Of a stretch of DNA of 53,360 nucleotides, positions 40,992 to 53,360 are shown in pieces. The stretch covers positions 1 to 53,360 of the forward strand of contig JYFJ02002695.1 in the NCBI GenBank assembly GCA_000934665.2, in the 5' to 3' direction. The notes under the pieces are model-generated. The model did no database searches and was not told the DNA's origin. It saw only the letters and a program-made list of their open reading frames with translations. This stretch comes from Catajapyx aquilonaris (Eukaryota). The position numbers were made by a program, and so were the translations under genes. Numbering within the stretch: the first letter of the stretch is position 1; each line of letters begins with the position of its first letter.

Positions 40992-43900
40992 GTCAGGGAA
41001 GACGCTCTTCTTCTTGCTTATAGGGTCCGACGCGACGCTCCAGCCAATAGCAGGTGCCGGCTATGGGGAATTCTATTAGCCAGTATCTGCCGTCGATTTC
41101 TAACTGTTATTTCTACCTGCATACAATAACTGCACAAAATAATCCAACAGACTCAGAATTGTCTCCTAAAGTTATGAACTGAACACAACACCCGGTAGTG
41201 AAGTCGCTGTTGTAAAGATAGTGGAAAGAGGCTATTTCGTCACATTTCAGATAAGGAAATGATAGAAATAGCTTTTAAAACACCCTGTTCGCGTGCGTTA
41301 TTTTGCGGCTCGGGTGTGTGGAGTGGGTGGGTAGGGCAGGACTGGATCTGACCCTCCACTCCCGCCACACACGCACACTCGTCACCAATTTCCCGAACTC
41401 GAGTATGCAGGACGTAGTGTATAAAAACGGAAGTTCTTTTTATAAAAATATCGACCAAATCCGCTTATACATGTAGAAACAAGAAATATATGTATTTAAA
41501 AAATCATTAACGACCCACGGTCGACATCACATCCTGCGGGTATGATCGATACATCTCTGAAGAGATTTCTGATACTTTTTGAGCTAAAAAATCGGGTAGA
41601 CCTTGGTAACCACAGTGGGATTAAGTCCCGCAGATTATCCGAATAGTCAGAGCAAAAGAACAGGGTATTCATATCCTTCCCCCATGCGTAACTTTCAACC
41701 AAGAGGCGATTTCTAATCGGATTAGCGGTGCGGTGACGCCAACCGTATCGACTCTAATGATTGTGAGTCAGTGAATCATGTGTTTTTTCTGAGCGTAATG
41801 GCCCACTTGATGTCAAATCTGTGTGGAATCGTCGTTCCTCAAGCACTAAGTTCATTGTAGTTTATGCGGGTGGAGCAATAATAATGAAACATGTTTTAGC
41901 GTTTATTTCCGGTTACAAGACTGCAGTCGAGTTGCGTGTATTTAATGCATAGTGCAACGCCGGTGCACACGTTATAAGATAATTTTCGTTCGTGGTTGTC
42001 GCTGTAAGACGTTGCTAACCAGACTGTTTCCCGCAAAATTCCAGACTCGCATTCCGGCCACATTCCAGGTCATGTACAGCAGATCATGTACAGTACTCAA
42101 GTACAGGGCTCAATTTGTTCCGGCCACATTCATCCTGGACTTGAAGCAACCCTTCGCACAGCCCCAAGGTCCTCACCTTGGGGGCTGTGCGAAGGGTTTC
42201 TTCAAGACCAGGATGAATGTGGTCGGAACAAATTATTGAGCCTGTACTCGAGTACTGTAGATGACCTATCAGAATTATGCGATTGACGGTAGACATGAAG
42301 CAACTGAGCCACTTAAAGGCGTATTCCGAAGCAATTTTGAGCGGGATATTACGCTCTTTGTGAAGGCAATCGTAGGCATACTCAAAAGGATTAATGTTCC
42401 AAGTCAAGAGCTATACCCAATGAGCAACATTCCCGATGGTCACATGAGACGGATTCCACTGTTGTAGCGTCCTCTCCCCTCGACTCCCCTCTTTGTCTCT
42501 ATCGTCTCTCCCCCTTCTGCCTGCCCCTTTTTTCCTCCACCCCCTCCCCTTCAGTAAAATATGTGAGGAAGCGAACATTCGAGCTGTTACAAAAAAATGC
42601 AACTCCCATCCACAATATACTTTAAAAATTCAATATATTGGTTACTTACAATAGCATAATTTACTACTATTGATAGTACATTGCCATCTGGAACACTATC
42701 AAGCTGCTATCATAAGCTCAGTTTCAGTCCACTCCAATATTTCCAAGGAAAAGTTAAGTGGGTTAAGCCGTGGGTATACGTACTTCATTATGAACGGTTT
42801 ATATATAGGTCCCTTGCTACCTGCTGTGGTGTAGCTTACTGCCTTTCTGTTCATCGTCCATTTATACAGGTACAGTATAGGTCTATTAACCGAAAAATAT
42901 ATATATCCTCTACCTTTCCACCCACATTAACTCTGCCTACGCAGGTAATATGCCCTCTTCTTTTGACCCATTGCCCACTCGTTGCTACAGGATTAGTTTT
43001 CCTTGCGGTGAAGCTGATAACAATTAATTGGGGTTGCGAGGCATCTCAGGGATGAAGTGAGTTTATTCTTGAACCTTTGACGGTGGCTGGCATATATCCT
43101 GGTCTCAGAATTTCGACGTAAATAGGTCACAACAGTAAAGGCGAACTTAGAGATATAACCCACCGAAACGCTTCCACACAAGAAACTCTCTGTCCTCCGA
43201 CCCGGGAACTCGGGACTACAAAAGTGGAAGGCCCATCGTTAAAATAAAGATTAACATTTTCTACATATTTTAAAACCAGACTGCTGGACACTGCAACGAA
43301 TTGCTTAATAACATAAAATACAATCATATCTCAATTTTTCTGGTAACTCATCATAACTGCTGCTTTACTGTGCAGAGATGGAATCACATGGTAGTGATGG
43401 TGCATCAGTGGATCTATTCTGCTGGTGTGGTTCTATTCCAGCTGGTGTTTCAGCTAGCTCTTATAGATGGTCTGACAAGGATCCAACATCGAAAGTAACC
43501 AGCCTCCCGCCTATATAGGGTTGCCCATGGGATCGCTCCTGCGCTGTGCTTCTCTGAGGGACGTGAGTAGGTCCTATATGGAATGAGTGTATAAGGCGTG
43601 TAAAGATTATACTATATAGGTCCTCATGCCCACAGCTGCCTAAGTGCACGCTATCTTCGGCAGATAGCAAATCACTATCGGAATTGCTGTCACGCTTGTA
43701 GTAACAGCAACACACAGTATCTGTCCCTGGTAACATCACGCCGCATAACTGCATATAAGCACCGGGAAAGTTCGTTAATGCCTCGAGAGGGAAGACCGTG
43801 ATGGTCAGCGCTTCCCTCCACCGTCATTTAATTCCATGGAACACTGAAGAGGCAAACATTCAGTGCCGTATAACATCGTGTGAGGGTTGCCAATTCATTG

Positions 43901-46900
43901 GCCGCCAAGTGCACATTGTGTTATTTACTGACTCGCTGGTAAATAAGCCTTTTGTACAGTAGCAGGGCATAGTCTAAAATTCCAAAATAACTGACGGCGC
44001 ATTATAATTTTTACATGTGTTTGAGATACCTGAAAATGCGCCTTAATGTTCTATTTACCAGTATCCATGTAAATATTTTACCCTATTGTGACATGGCAAA
44101 AACGATGTAATTTTTAAAGCACTGTTATTAATTTAAGCTCACTATAGGTACTCTCTGTGCGCATCACTGTTTGAGCACGATAGTCTTCAAATATTTATCA
44201 AAAAGTGTACTTTTTTCGCCACGCACTATAGTTACAGCACTATCGAGAAATATCCTCATAGGTTCCTGATGAATTTGCATCACCCTTTAGAGTTAGCTGA
44301 CCGGAACAGATCTTTTTAATGCATTGCAAATATTTGGGTGCATGACGTCATGTATTTCCCCCTCTTCTCTATCCCTCTCCCCTCTTATCCTCCCCTAAAG
44401 TCCTGCTGACGAACGTCATACTCCATGAGCTCTCCACCCTTCCCCTACTTTTCCCTTTCGCCAAGCCTGGATGTCTGATTAATCTGTGGATGGCACGAAA
44501 GAAAATAATCCTTTCCATGTGCCTCGCGCACATGTCAAATGAACTGAAGTGCATCATCTGCAGAGAATAATGCATCGGGGTCGCACATCACAAAGAGAAT
44601 GAATTTGGTTGGTATCACGTCAATTGCTATTTGAACTCTCTTCCATTCCCGATTCTTTGTTGCGTGGTGGTGATTACTTAGGTGAGGCTGCAGTGTGGCA
44701 CTTTGAGACCTTTTGAAAGAAAGTGAAACTTGTGTATAGTGGAATTTCATGGAGCACTAAGATGTCCGTAATGGACAGGTTTTTCTCTATATTCGACACC
44801 GTGTGTTCCACGTATTCTTTACTAAGATTTTTTACCGATGATAAAGAGAAAGGGGGAGGCACGCCAACCATCACATTATGAGTCACAATTTTCTTTGTCC
44901 CAAACAAGCCCTCTCTCCGTTTCCAAACCAAAAATAGTGCTCACGAATGTCTTCAAGGTCACGGAACCGATGCATTTATATGGCTGTCAAAAATACATTT
45001 CACGCCCGTTTCCAGAAAAAAAAATCCGCAATTGACAGGACTGTTTCCTCTCTACACGGGGTCCGTTACGGACTGTAATATACGGTACACGATATAGGCC
45101 TATACCTTCGCTTAGGATTTACCAGACATGTCTGTCGCAAAAAGATGGCCTCACCCAAAATTATAGATGCTCCTGTAAGTAGACAACCAATCGATACATC
45201 GAAAATCCGGTTGGCTCACAGAGGCATGTCCATATATAAGTGTTGCAAGGGTACCAAAATGATACGAAAATCGGTGAAGGTGGCCACCTTCACGGATAAT
45301 GCTGACCGGTATGCAGTATGTTGATCATAACAGCTATGGTCCTATGACAATATAAGTGTTTTAATTTAATTTTTTCCAAAAATGGATACGAGCATATGTT
45401 ATTGGTAGATGTAATTGAGCTGGCGTTTGGTTTAAATACATCGTTGAAGTGGTGGAATTGGCCACGTCTCTCAGGTATTGGTTAGCTATACCGCCGTACA
45501 CGTATCCTGAGAGAATTTGCACGCTCCCTGAAGCACAGTAATTGCACTGTCAACGGGTGATCTAATGTTATATCATTATTTTTAACCCGAAATTATTACC
45601 TCTGTGTGTTAGCGTGGCCGAAAAAGTGTGTTTATTATCACGGAGGGTAAATCAAAATCGTCGCCGGACTTAAAATGTTTTTTTGGAAGTCCTTTACAGC
45701 AGGGTGAGACCTTTTTCCATTGTTGTTGATTTTGGCGAATTAAACGTTCCATGGAGAATGTAATATACTGTTAATAGTAGTTTCATACGTACTGTACAAG
45801 TATAACTAGCAAGATGTTCCATAATATCCATATAAATCTTTCATTACCCATCTATTGACGTCATCCATAAGTATTCCCAAACATAAATTCTCAATTAGCC
45901 AGCAAATGGTTGCAGGGCTGCATAAGACACAGAACGATTAGTGTCACTTTTTGGTCGAAATTGAGTTATCATTATGTAATGCTGTCGAGTCACTAACTCG
46001 TACTTTTAATGATGAAGTCAATATTATATGCTAGAATAATTACAGCCCCCATAGAGAAATACTCGAAACAAATAATTATGCTTCGTAAAGTGATAGTGCA
46101 ATATTCAAAATTCACATCCCATATCTCGAAATTACTCCATTTGACGCTGACTGATAGCATTTCAAATTTTCACTTCTTATAAACAATATAGGGGTAAACC
46201 ATACAGTTATGGGCCCCTTAAGAAATTCCAAGTTCACATCGTCACATGACCCACAGTAATAATATTACATCTGCAGTTTGATTATAATTTTTTCTGAATC
46301 TTCAGAATGTTCTCTTTCAAGAAGCAACTGTAATGTTGAAATTCTCCTTTACCGTCATTTTTGGTAATGAAAAGTTCCAAAAGTGTCACAAAAGTACAGT
46401 AATGGGACACTTTTCACAGTGATGGGCCGCCTTTGGGACAGTGGTGGGCCACCTAATTGTAGGGACTCTATTGTTGTTTGCCGCACTTTCGTGGTGCAGG
46501 GTGTTGCCCAGCATTGTTTCCTACTATCTCAGCAGTTTCTCAAGTTTTAATGATCATCCCCCTAGCTTTTGTCGTCATTTGCGTGAAAGATACAGTTACT
46601 CTGGAATTACTGAACCTGCCTGCCAAGCAAAGAATTTCGTTAAGAACAGATGACTTTCTCACCTGAAATTCCTTCATGATTGTCACATTCACCTCTACCT
46701 GCCCACTTCTGGATGTGTCTACCTCCCTGTCTCCCTTATTCCATCATCTTGGGTAGGGTCTAGGGGCACTATTGGGTAAATTATGCAGGCTAAGCGTAGG
46801 CTAATATACAGGTAAGTTAACTGAAAACTGTTATAGGGAGCCGTACACTTATTACGTCATCCTCTAGGCGTCTAGGGTGAGGGCTGAGGGGGGAGGGGTT

Positions 46901-49900
46901 TGCTTACTGATAACCAAAGATGAAGTATGGGGTAATTGACCTCGAAATGCAGGTGTGGGTAGGGTATGCAACATTACTGTAAAGTGATGGTTTTGATCCA
47001 CACAGTTGTGGGCCACCCCCTTCTACTCATGCTATTTATACAGACTCATCATTATTTACAAAATATGAAACTGTGGAGACTACCCTAGCCATGCAAATTG
47101 GCATCGGCAACCTGGAGTGACGAAAACCCTTGTAACTTATCACTAGCTGCAGTGCTACTCCTTACCGACTATACTTAGCGAAATGGCCCTGCTGGAAGAG
47201 ACTTAGAGACGCGAGCATGGACGCGAGGCTCTGGCGACCTTGATGAAAGTCCAACCTGGAAAATATTGTCAACAATGTTCGTCCAACCATGCAGTCCAGC
47301 CACCCATGGCCAAAAATGATCACTACTTACACTACACACATTAATATTCTGAATAAGATTACTATAGGTGGCTCATAACTGTATGGTTTACCCCTAATAG
47401 CCACAATTACTTCCTACCAAATCCAAAGTATTATCCGTTAAGGTAAGCCTATTACTCACTCATTAATCTGATAGCTCTCATCTCATCTCATTAAACTGTT
47501 AGCTAAGCCAGGGGAAAATGTAATTATAAAATAAAGGCTTTTAGGTAGAGTAAATCACAATCCATACACTGTACACAGTGTACAGGGTGAACTTTATTCC
47601 ACACCATCTCAGTTGCACAACAAAATTAATAAGAAAAATACATTGACACCACAAAACAACACCACAAAACGTGATTATTTCAAATATAACCGAAATCTCC
47701 CATTTTCACTTGGACCACTGCATATAATTTCATAATGGATATTTTAGGCAATTGCGTATATAATGACTGACGTTAATCTGTTTTCTTGAAATGTTCCCGA
47801 CTCTTTGCATTAGAATAAGTACGTTTTGATTCACAGACACATTTGATATGATAATGCCCTTAAAAGGCAGCGAAGATTCTTGAGATTTATATGATCTCAG
47901 ATATTATCCTACACATCATACAATATATGGCAACTCCGTCTGGTTGTGAGGGCTTATTGTCCCAAGACACCTCTCTCTCGGTTGGCTCGGAATATAGGTG
48001 GTGATGGGATTAACATACATTTAGGCAGCGGCTGACTGCTACCCTGTTCCTGCTGCTGGCCGGACCCGTATGTTATAGGGACTATCGATGATAATTTTTC
48101 AAAATATATCCTTCCCACAACAATGTATTCCATAAATTTTGATTCAATAATCCCATTTAGCTGGTGCAATTCAAAATCTATAATTCAACTGGGTGAAATG
48201 TGTCATGTGTAATATTTAGTACTGGTTTTTTGCTTATAATATTTGCGATAACATGTTGACAATAATATTGGTGATAATCAGTGGCTCGTGTGTTGCAATC
48301 AACGTCTGCGGACCTTCGGGGAAAAAAGCATATAAGAAACTAGCCGCAGTTTTTCTGACCGTGCTTTCGTGAAAGTGAAGAAACTGTCTTTATTGACAGG
48401 ATCAATATATCAGATCTGTATACGATGAGTCAGATAAGAATGTATACAGTCTGCAACATCTCGTATTATTATCTCAGGTGAGCCTAAACACATGTGATAT
48501 CCCTTCAGCAGTAAGATTTCAAATTTTTGTTTTACGTATATAGTCTATACTGTATAATTATCTATAGTAAACTAATCTATATACGGCACGTTTTTTTTCT
48601 ATGCCTTTTGGCTGGTCCAAGTGTAATATTGTAATTAGTGCTTGTCAGCAAGAAATTGCGACTATACATAGTACTGTATTACATGTCAACATTGACCCTA
48701 CTTTTTCATCGCCATGCTATATTTTGACCATACCAGAGATTCTGTGGTCTTGATATAGGTATAATTTTATGGAGACAAGTCAATTGACGCCAGGGAGTGG
48801 TTGCATGCGCGAATGAGGGGAGTAACACTATAAAATGATTATAAAAATAGGTCTAATAAATGTGGTGGTGCTATCAGCTCACTTGGGGAACCGACTATAG
48901 TATCGACTTTTATTTTTCTAAATGTGCTGCACAACAGCATAAAATTATTAAATGAGGGGGAGCTATCCGCAAGGGACCGTATACAGTAAAATGGTGTAAG
49001 ATTAGTATACTCTAATTACTTGTAAATTCAGAAGTAGTGCTCCATACAATAGGCCCTATAATAAAGACGTCAAGGAAAATGACTGTGCCTCAAATATATC
49101 AAAGAAAATTTAACCAGGGTTAACTTTCTCAATAACCTTCTATTTAATAAACACTGGTCCGTGACTGACATGTCTGAATCGCAGTAACTATACGCAGAAC
49201 ACATGGTACCATACGGTATATTAATATCTCCCCCCCCCCCTCCCCTATAAATACAGTAGGCCAATACCGTCGTCGGAGTTGGAGGAGGGAGGGTGGGACG
49301 GGCATTATAGCTTATAGTTTTACTTTTACCAGTTTTAATTTAGTTCATATGTGGGGTTAACTTGCGTCTCCCTCGAGGGGGTATTCACTTCTGGTGATCA
49401 GCGGTGATCCAAGGTGATCCGCAGTGATCCGGTGCTTTTGGTGATCCAGTGTACACTTTTGTGAGGAGTGAATACCCCCTTGGTCTCCATTCATAGCTGA
49501 CTCCCCTTATAGGGAAAGGATGGGTTGCAACGTGGGTCACTGTTGGGTACATTGTTGACCCAGCCCAAAGCCCAAATGCTATTTCGTAGCATTGGTTTCG
49601 ATATGACATGACCCGATATATTATGATGTCAGCCCCCATTTGAATACATGGGGTGGATAGTGTCGCCTCCAGTGGAGAGATGTGAAACTATTGTGTGTAT
49701 AAGCGAATGTGATTTTAGAACTTTCTACTAATCTTCTGGATCTTAAAATAATGTATAGTCGATAAATCTGGAACGATAATTATATTGCTAATTAATAAAG
49801 AAAATCTGAAGAACCACGCAAGAAGAGAAAACAGAAAAGCATCAGCTTGATCTCTTGTTTCTGCCATGTTCGAATTCGAACGCGATGGGCATAGGTCTGG

Positions 49901-52900
49901 CTCCCTGATTCATGCCGCCATTTTGAATCTATGTCGGCTCGGAAGGACGGAAACTGACCGTGCTTTATCACGCTATCATCAGGTATTTGCTACCAATGGA
50001 GGTCAAAGCGCTGGCTGAGAACACAAGAACAGGCTTGCATGAACCGCCGTGGTCTTTCCTGCTCGGTACGTTCGATTATTATTTAGATCCCGCGATTGGA
50101 TACAAGATGGCTGCCACCTGCCAGACAAGGGGCTCCCCAATAACGATATCAGTCGTAATGATCCTATCGTTTCTGACCCACAGGCGATGTTGCAACCCAT
50201 CCTTTCGTGATGGTGTTGTTGAGTTGTTGTTGTTTCTTAATACATAGTCTACTCGTACAGCAGCTAGTCAGAGTTAATTAGTATGACACATCTTAGAATT
50301 CATTTAACAAAATGAAATCTCGAACTTTAATAAATGTCACATTTTACCACATGAGCACTTGAGAATATTTCAGTTTCAGCTAAATGCGTGTTCAGTAATG
50401 TACTGTATGAATCTTCAAAGGCTTTAAGAGCTCCTCAAAAATGATATGCTCATATCACGCGATGCACTAACTTTAGATTTATACGCGGCGGACTAATTAT
50501 TATCCGTCCAAACATATCTAGGTGCTCATGAGAGGTCACCAGTGCTGAGATCTTGCCCATATATTAATATACTAATATGCACTATCATTTTTCTAATGAC
50601 CAAATGTACTTATTAATAGACTACCGTACCGTATATTGAGACATGTCCAATTATGGCAATGTGAAAAATATTGTATTTGTATTAAAATCCCTGACGATCA
50701 TAAAAAATATTAACACAGACAGGGGTTCGCACTCAAGTTGCACCATAGGTTGCAATGTGGGGTGAATGGCAGGAGTAGGCCTATCAACTTACAATGCGCT
50801 GATAAAAGTTCTAATTCCTCTCGGATCTATTTCCTTACGCTCATCCAAGACAAAATTAAGTTTTTTTTTTAGCTCTTTTGGTTTCATTACGAAGATAATT
50901 AATGGCATGTTAAAATTACTTTCGTCAGGGGAGGCGTGGTGGCCGAGTCGGTATAACGACTCGGCTTGCTGAGCGGAAGGTCCCGGGTTTGATCCCCGCC
51001 TGGGAGTTCCCTTTCGCCTGCGTCAGGAGAGTCTCTGACCCGCGCCTTAGAGGTGTCTGGCAACCTAACCTCCAGGGAGACTGCACATGACCCACTTACC
51101 GACATTGCACTCCTCCCCAAAAATCACTATCCCTACCTCATGTCCTTTTCTTCCATGCACGGTAATTGAAGAAAATTACAGAAAATTGGAGTGAAAAATG
51201 GTGGTGTTCCACCCCCCTAAGAGGCCCATGGCCCTATCACGGGGTATCAAAAATAAATAATAAAAATAAATAAATAAATAAATAACTTTCGTCAAACACG
51301 TGCATGATATGGGTAATCCTGCGAATTATTCCACCTCCAACTACTCATGCGGCATGTCGTAACCTTCGATAGCACAATAAAAATTAATGCAGAACATCAC
51401 TTTCTCCGTAACGAACTCGAAATCGGCAATATCAACTGCGGAAATATCGCAGGGAACCAGTACATCCGAGAGGAAGTCCTCATTTTAGGAGCACCCTCCA
51501 TAGCATGTAAGATATAACACGGGAACCGTCAATTCATGAAGAACATGTTAGGAATCTGGGTCTTCCGACAATTGTGTCACTTGATTTGTGCAGTTATCAG
51601 TAAACACGCAGCCTGGAGTGATGCTCGGGCTGTATACTGTCCCATCCCCCTTTCGCCCCCGATAAATATTCAGATACGATTGCAGCCGTTATCACGAGAG
51701 TCTTGAGTGAATGTTTGTGTCCGAAAGGAGACATGGGAAACCCGAGACGAGATAATTGGTTATCATAATAAACCCCAATGAATTGTGCATCGGAGTGTAG
51801 TCTATATACATCAGTTGCGGCCCAATTTGATGTTTCCATCATATGACCTGGTAACCTGACATACCGTATATTAATTAATTTTATTCTAATATTAGCATAC
51901 CGTATTTATGGATGTTTAAATACAGCAGTTACGTATTTTTGATACCAGCCATTATTGAACGGGAGGAATTGCTCATTCTTTTTCAAGAAATCTGATGGTG
52001 AAATAAAGACGGCGGTAAGGTTGGCAGTCATTTCCGGACACTCCGGCCTGCAGCGAAGGTTTTTAAATTCGATGATAGATTTCAAGATTGGACCGCGGCT
52101 TCCATTAATCTTGCCCAGTCTGGAGAAGACTTTCCACAAAACGGCCGAATCTATACGAAAACATATATATAAAAAAATAACCCGGACCTGTAGCATTGTC
52201 ATAATCGATTGGAACTCCCTGAACACACATGTTCAGGCGCTACACGATCAACCTGACGTGCCGACAGGTGTCCAATTTATAACGCCTATGCCCCCCCCCC
52301 CCCCCCCCCCCCNTTATAACGCCTATGCCCCCCCCCCCCCCTCCCCTCCAGGCTTCCCCCCTCCCCTCCCAACAACAAGTTGCACGCATTTGGCCGCACG
52401 AAGGATGGTGAGTAGATGGGAGGTGGCGAGGGGCATTTCCGTACGCAAGAACTTGGGCCGATTAGGACTGGGGCAGTGGGGTCAAAGGGCAATGCTGAGA
52501 TGAAAAAGGCTTTAATCCCGTGGTTTGCCAAGGGATGCTCGATTCTATGGGTGGTCAAGAGGGGGATGGTGGATGGGGGTAGAGCATGGGAAAAGGGCGG
52601 GCCCGCGGGTATGCCCGTGAACAGGGCGCCGGCGCCAGGTCTGGGCCGACGCCGACGCTGGGCCTTTGCCTGCTGGGCCACTCTCCCCACTCCCTCCCCC
52701 CTCCCCACCTCTTCCTTTACCCATCGTCCTTTCCCGGCCCAGGCCAGCACACACCAGTCGTGAGCGTCGCTTCAGAGCCGTGCGGACGCGAGTGTGTGTG
52801 AGTGTGTGTGTGGGGCCCCGAGGAGAGCCGCCCTCCTCCCCCGCATCCCACCTCCCACCTCGCGCCCCTCCCTTCCCCTTCCCCCCTTTTTACCCCTTTC

Positions 52901-53292
52901 CTTCTTTTCCCCCATTTTCCCCTTCCCTTCGTGAGTCTCCAATCATCGTGCACCGGAAGAATACAAAAAAGCCCTACATACACACACATACACACATAAG
53001 TTCCAACAGTTCGTCCGGGACCCAACCCCCAAAGACATTTGACCCCCTCNGGGGGCACGTGGTACCACACTATGGCACCTGTTGGCGCCCTGCCTTTGAC
53101 CCCACTCTCCTTGACCTTCCCTGTAGGGCGCCAAACAGCCACCAGCCACCTGTCGCTTTTTATTACGCCTCGGCTGACCCGACGACCTTTGCCCTTTTCT
53201 TGTCCACAGGCTGCGCCTTCCTCACTTACTTTTCGAGGGAGAGCGCCGTCACCGCGCAGAACGCCCTGCATGAGAAGCGGACGCTGCCAGGG
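40784..53292 (+). CDS. bru3: CELF3-6 / bruno-3-like RNA-binding protein, 5' partial (RRM1); continues beyond the window
   Basis: Exon 40784-40991 ([41 protein letters not shown]) splices in phase 1 across a 12.2-kb intron to exon 53210-53292 ([28 protein letters not shown]). This is the RRM1 typical of CELF4-like proteins. Confidence 0.92.
42091..42257. mobile_element. Near-perfect hairpin MITE in CELF intron 1
   Basis: Arms of about 80 bp, CAGTACTC(A/G)AGTACAGG...CCCCAAGGT, with a 4-nt loop and TA flanks. Confidence 0.8.
46191..47394. mobile_element. pogo/Fot1-like non-autonomous DNA transposon
   Basis: Perfect 21-bp TIR GGGGTAAACCATACAGTTATG, TA duplication, internal CAGTnnTGGG(C/A)C repeats. 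Confidence 0.8.
50928..51284 (+). mobile_element. tRNA-derived SINE, family D
   Basis: A box TGGCCGAGTCGG, B box GGTTTGATCCC, (TAAA)n tail, TSD ACTTTCGTCA. Confidence 0.88.
53210..53292 (+). CDS. bru3: CELF/bru3 coding exon 2 (RRM1 RNP1 half, 83 nt)
   Basis: cttttcttgtccacag acceptor, GGG|GTGAGT donor. Confidence 0.92.
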
Positions 53293-53360
53293 GTGAGTAT
53301 GCAACCCGGTTAGAGTGTGCGAGCGCAGGCTGGGGGGGTGGGGGAAGGAGGGGAGAAATG

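Noticed and set aside
49391..49450. Short GTGATCC repeat cluster
   Set aside because: Irregular, with no spacer structure; not CRISPR, probably transposon subterminal repeats.
50928..51005. tRNA-like sequences (also near 6110-6187, 9805-9884 and 31940-32013)
   Set aside because: They continue into SINE bodies with tails and mostly TSDs, and lack a full cloverleaf.
52279..52340. Tandem TATAACGCCTATG-poly(C) duplication, and single n bases in G/C runs across the window
   Set aside because: The duplication straddles an n; these are likely assembly joins at homopolymers.

Overview
Eukaryotic (animal, most likely arthropod/insect) genomic DNA, rich in introns and transposons. I reconstructed three host genes by hand from splice sites and reading phase. 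(1) A minus-strand shugoshin (Sgo1/MEI-S332 family), 8 coding exons at 19867->2068, 567 aa. It has the N-terminal coiled coil and C-terminal SGO motif and needs one GC-AG intron; the ORF track shows neither diagnostic domain. (2) A plus-strand TATDN2-like TatD nuclease, 4 coding exons at 20460-26452, 298 aa, head-to-head with shugoshin. (3) The first two coding exons (RRM1) of a CELF3-6/bruno-3-like RNA-binding protein, 40784-53292, running off the window. The rest holds a deleted mariner, a long-TIR DD41D element, a CGGBP1-like hAT transposase relic, hAT/Harbinger/piggyBac/pogo-type MITEs, LINE 3' ends and five tRNA-derived SINE families. The two most notable signals: four of the SINE families share a structured 3' tail with a LINE 3' end present in the window, and a 149-nt insertion in a transposase has a target-site duplication that creates exact in-frame GT-AG intron boundaries. 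No prokaryote-type systems, CRISPR, rRNA or true tRNA genes were seen. All family assignments come from motif recognition, not database searches.
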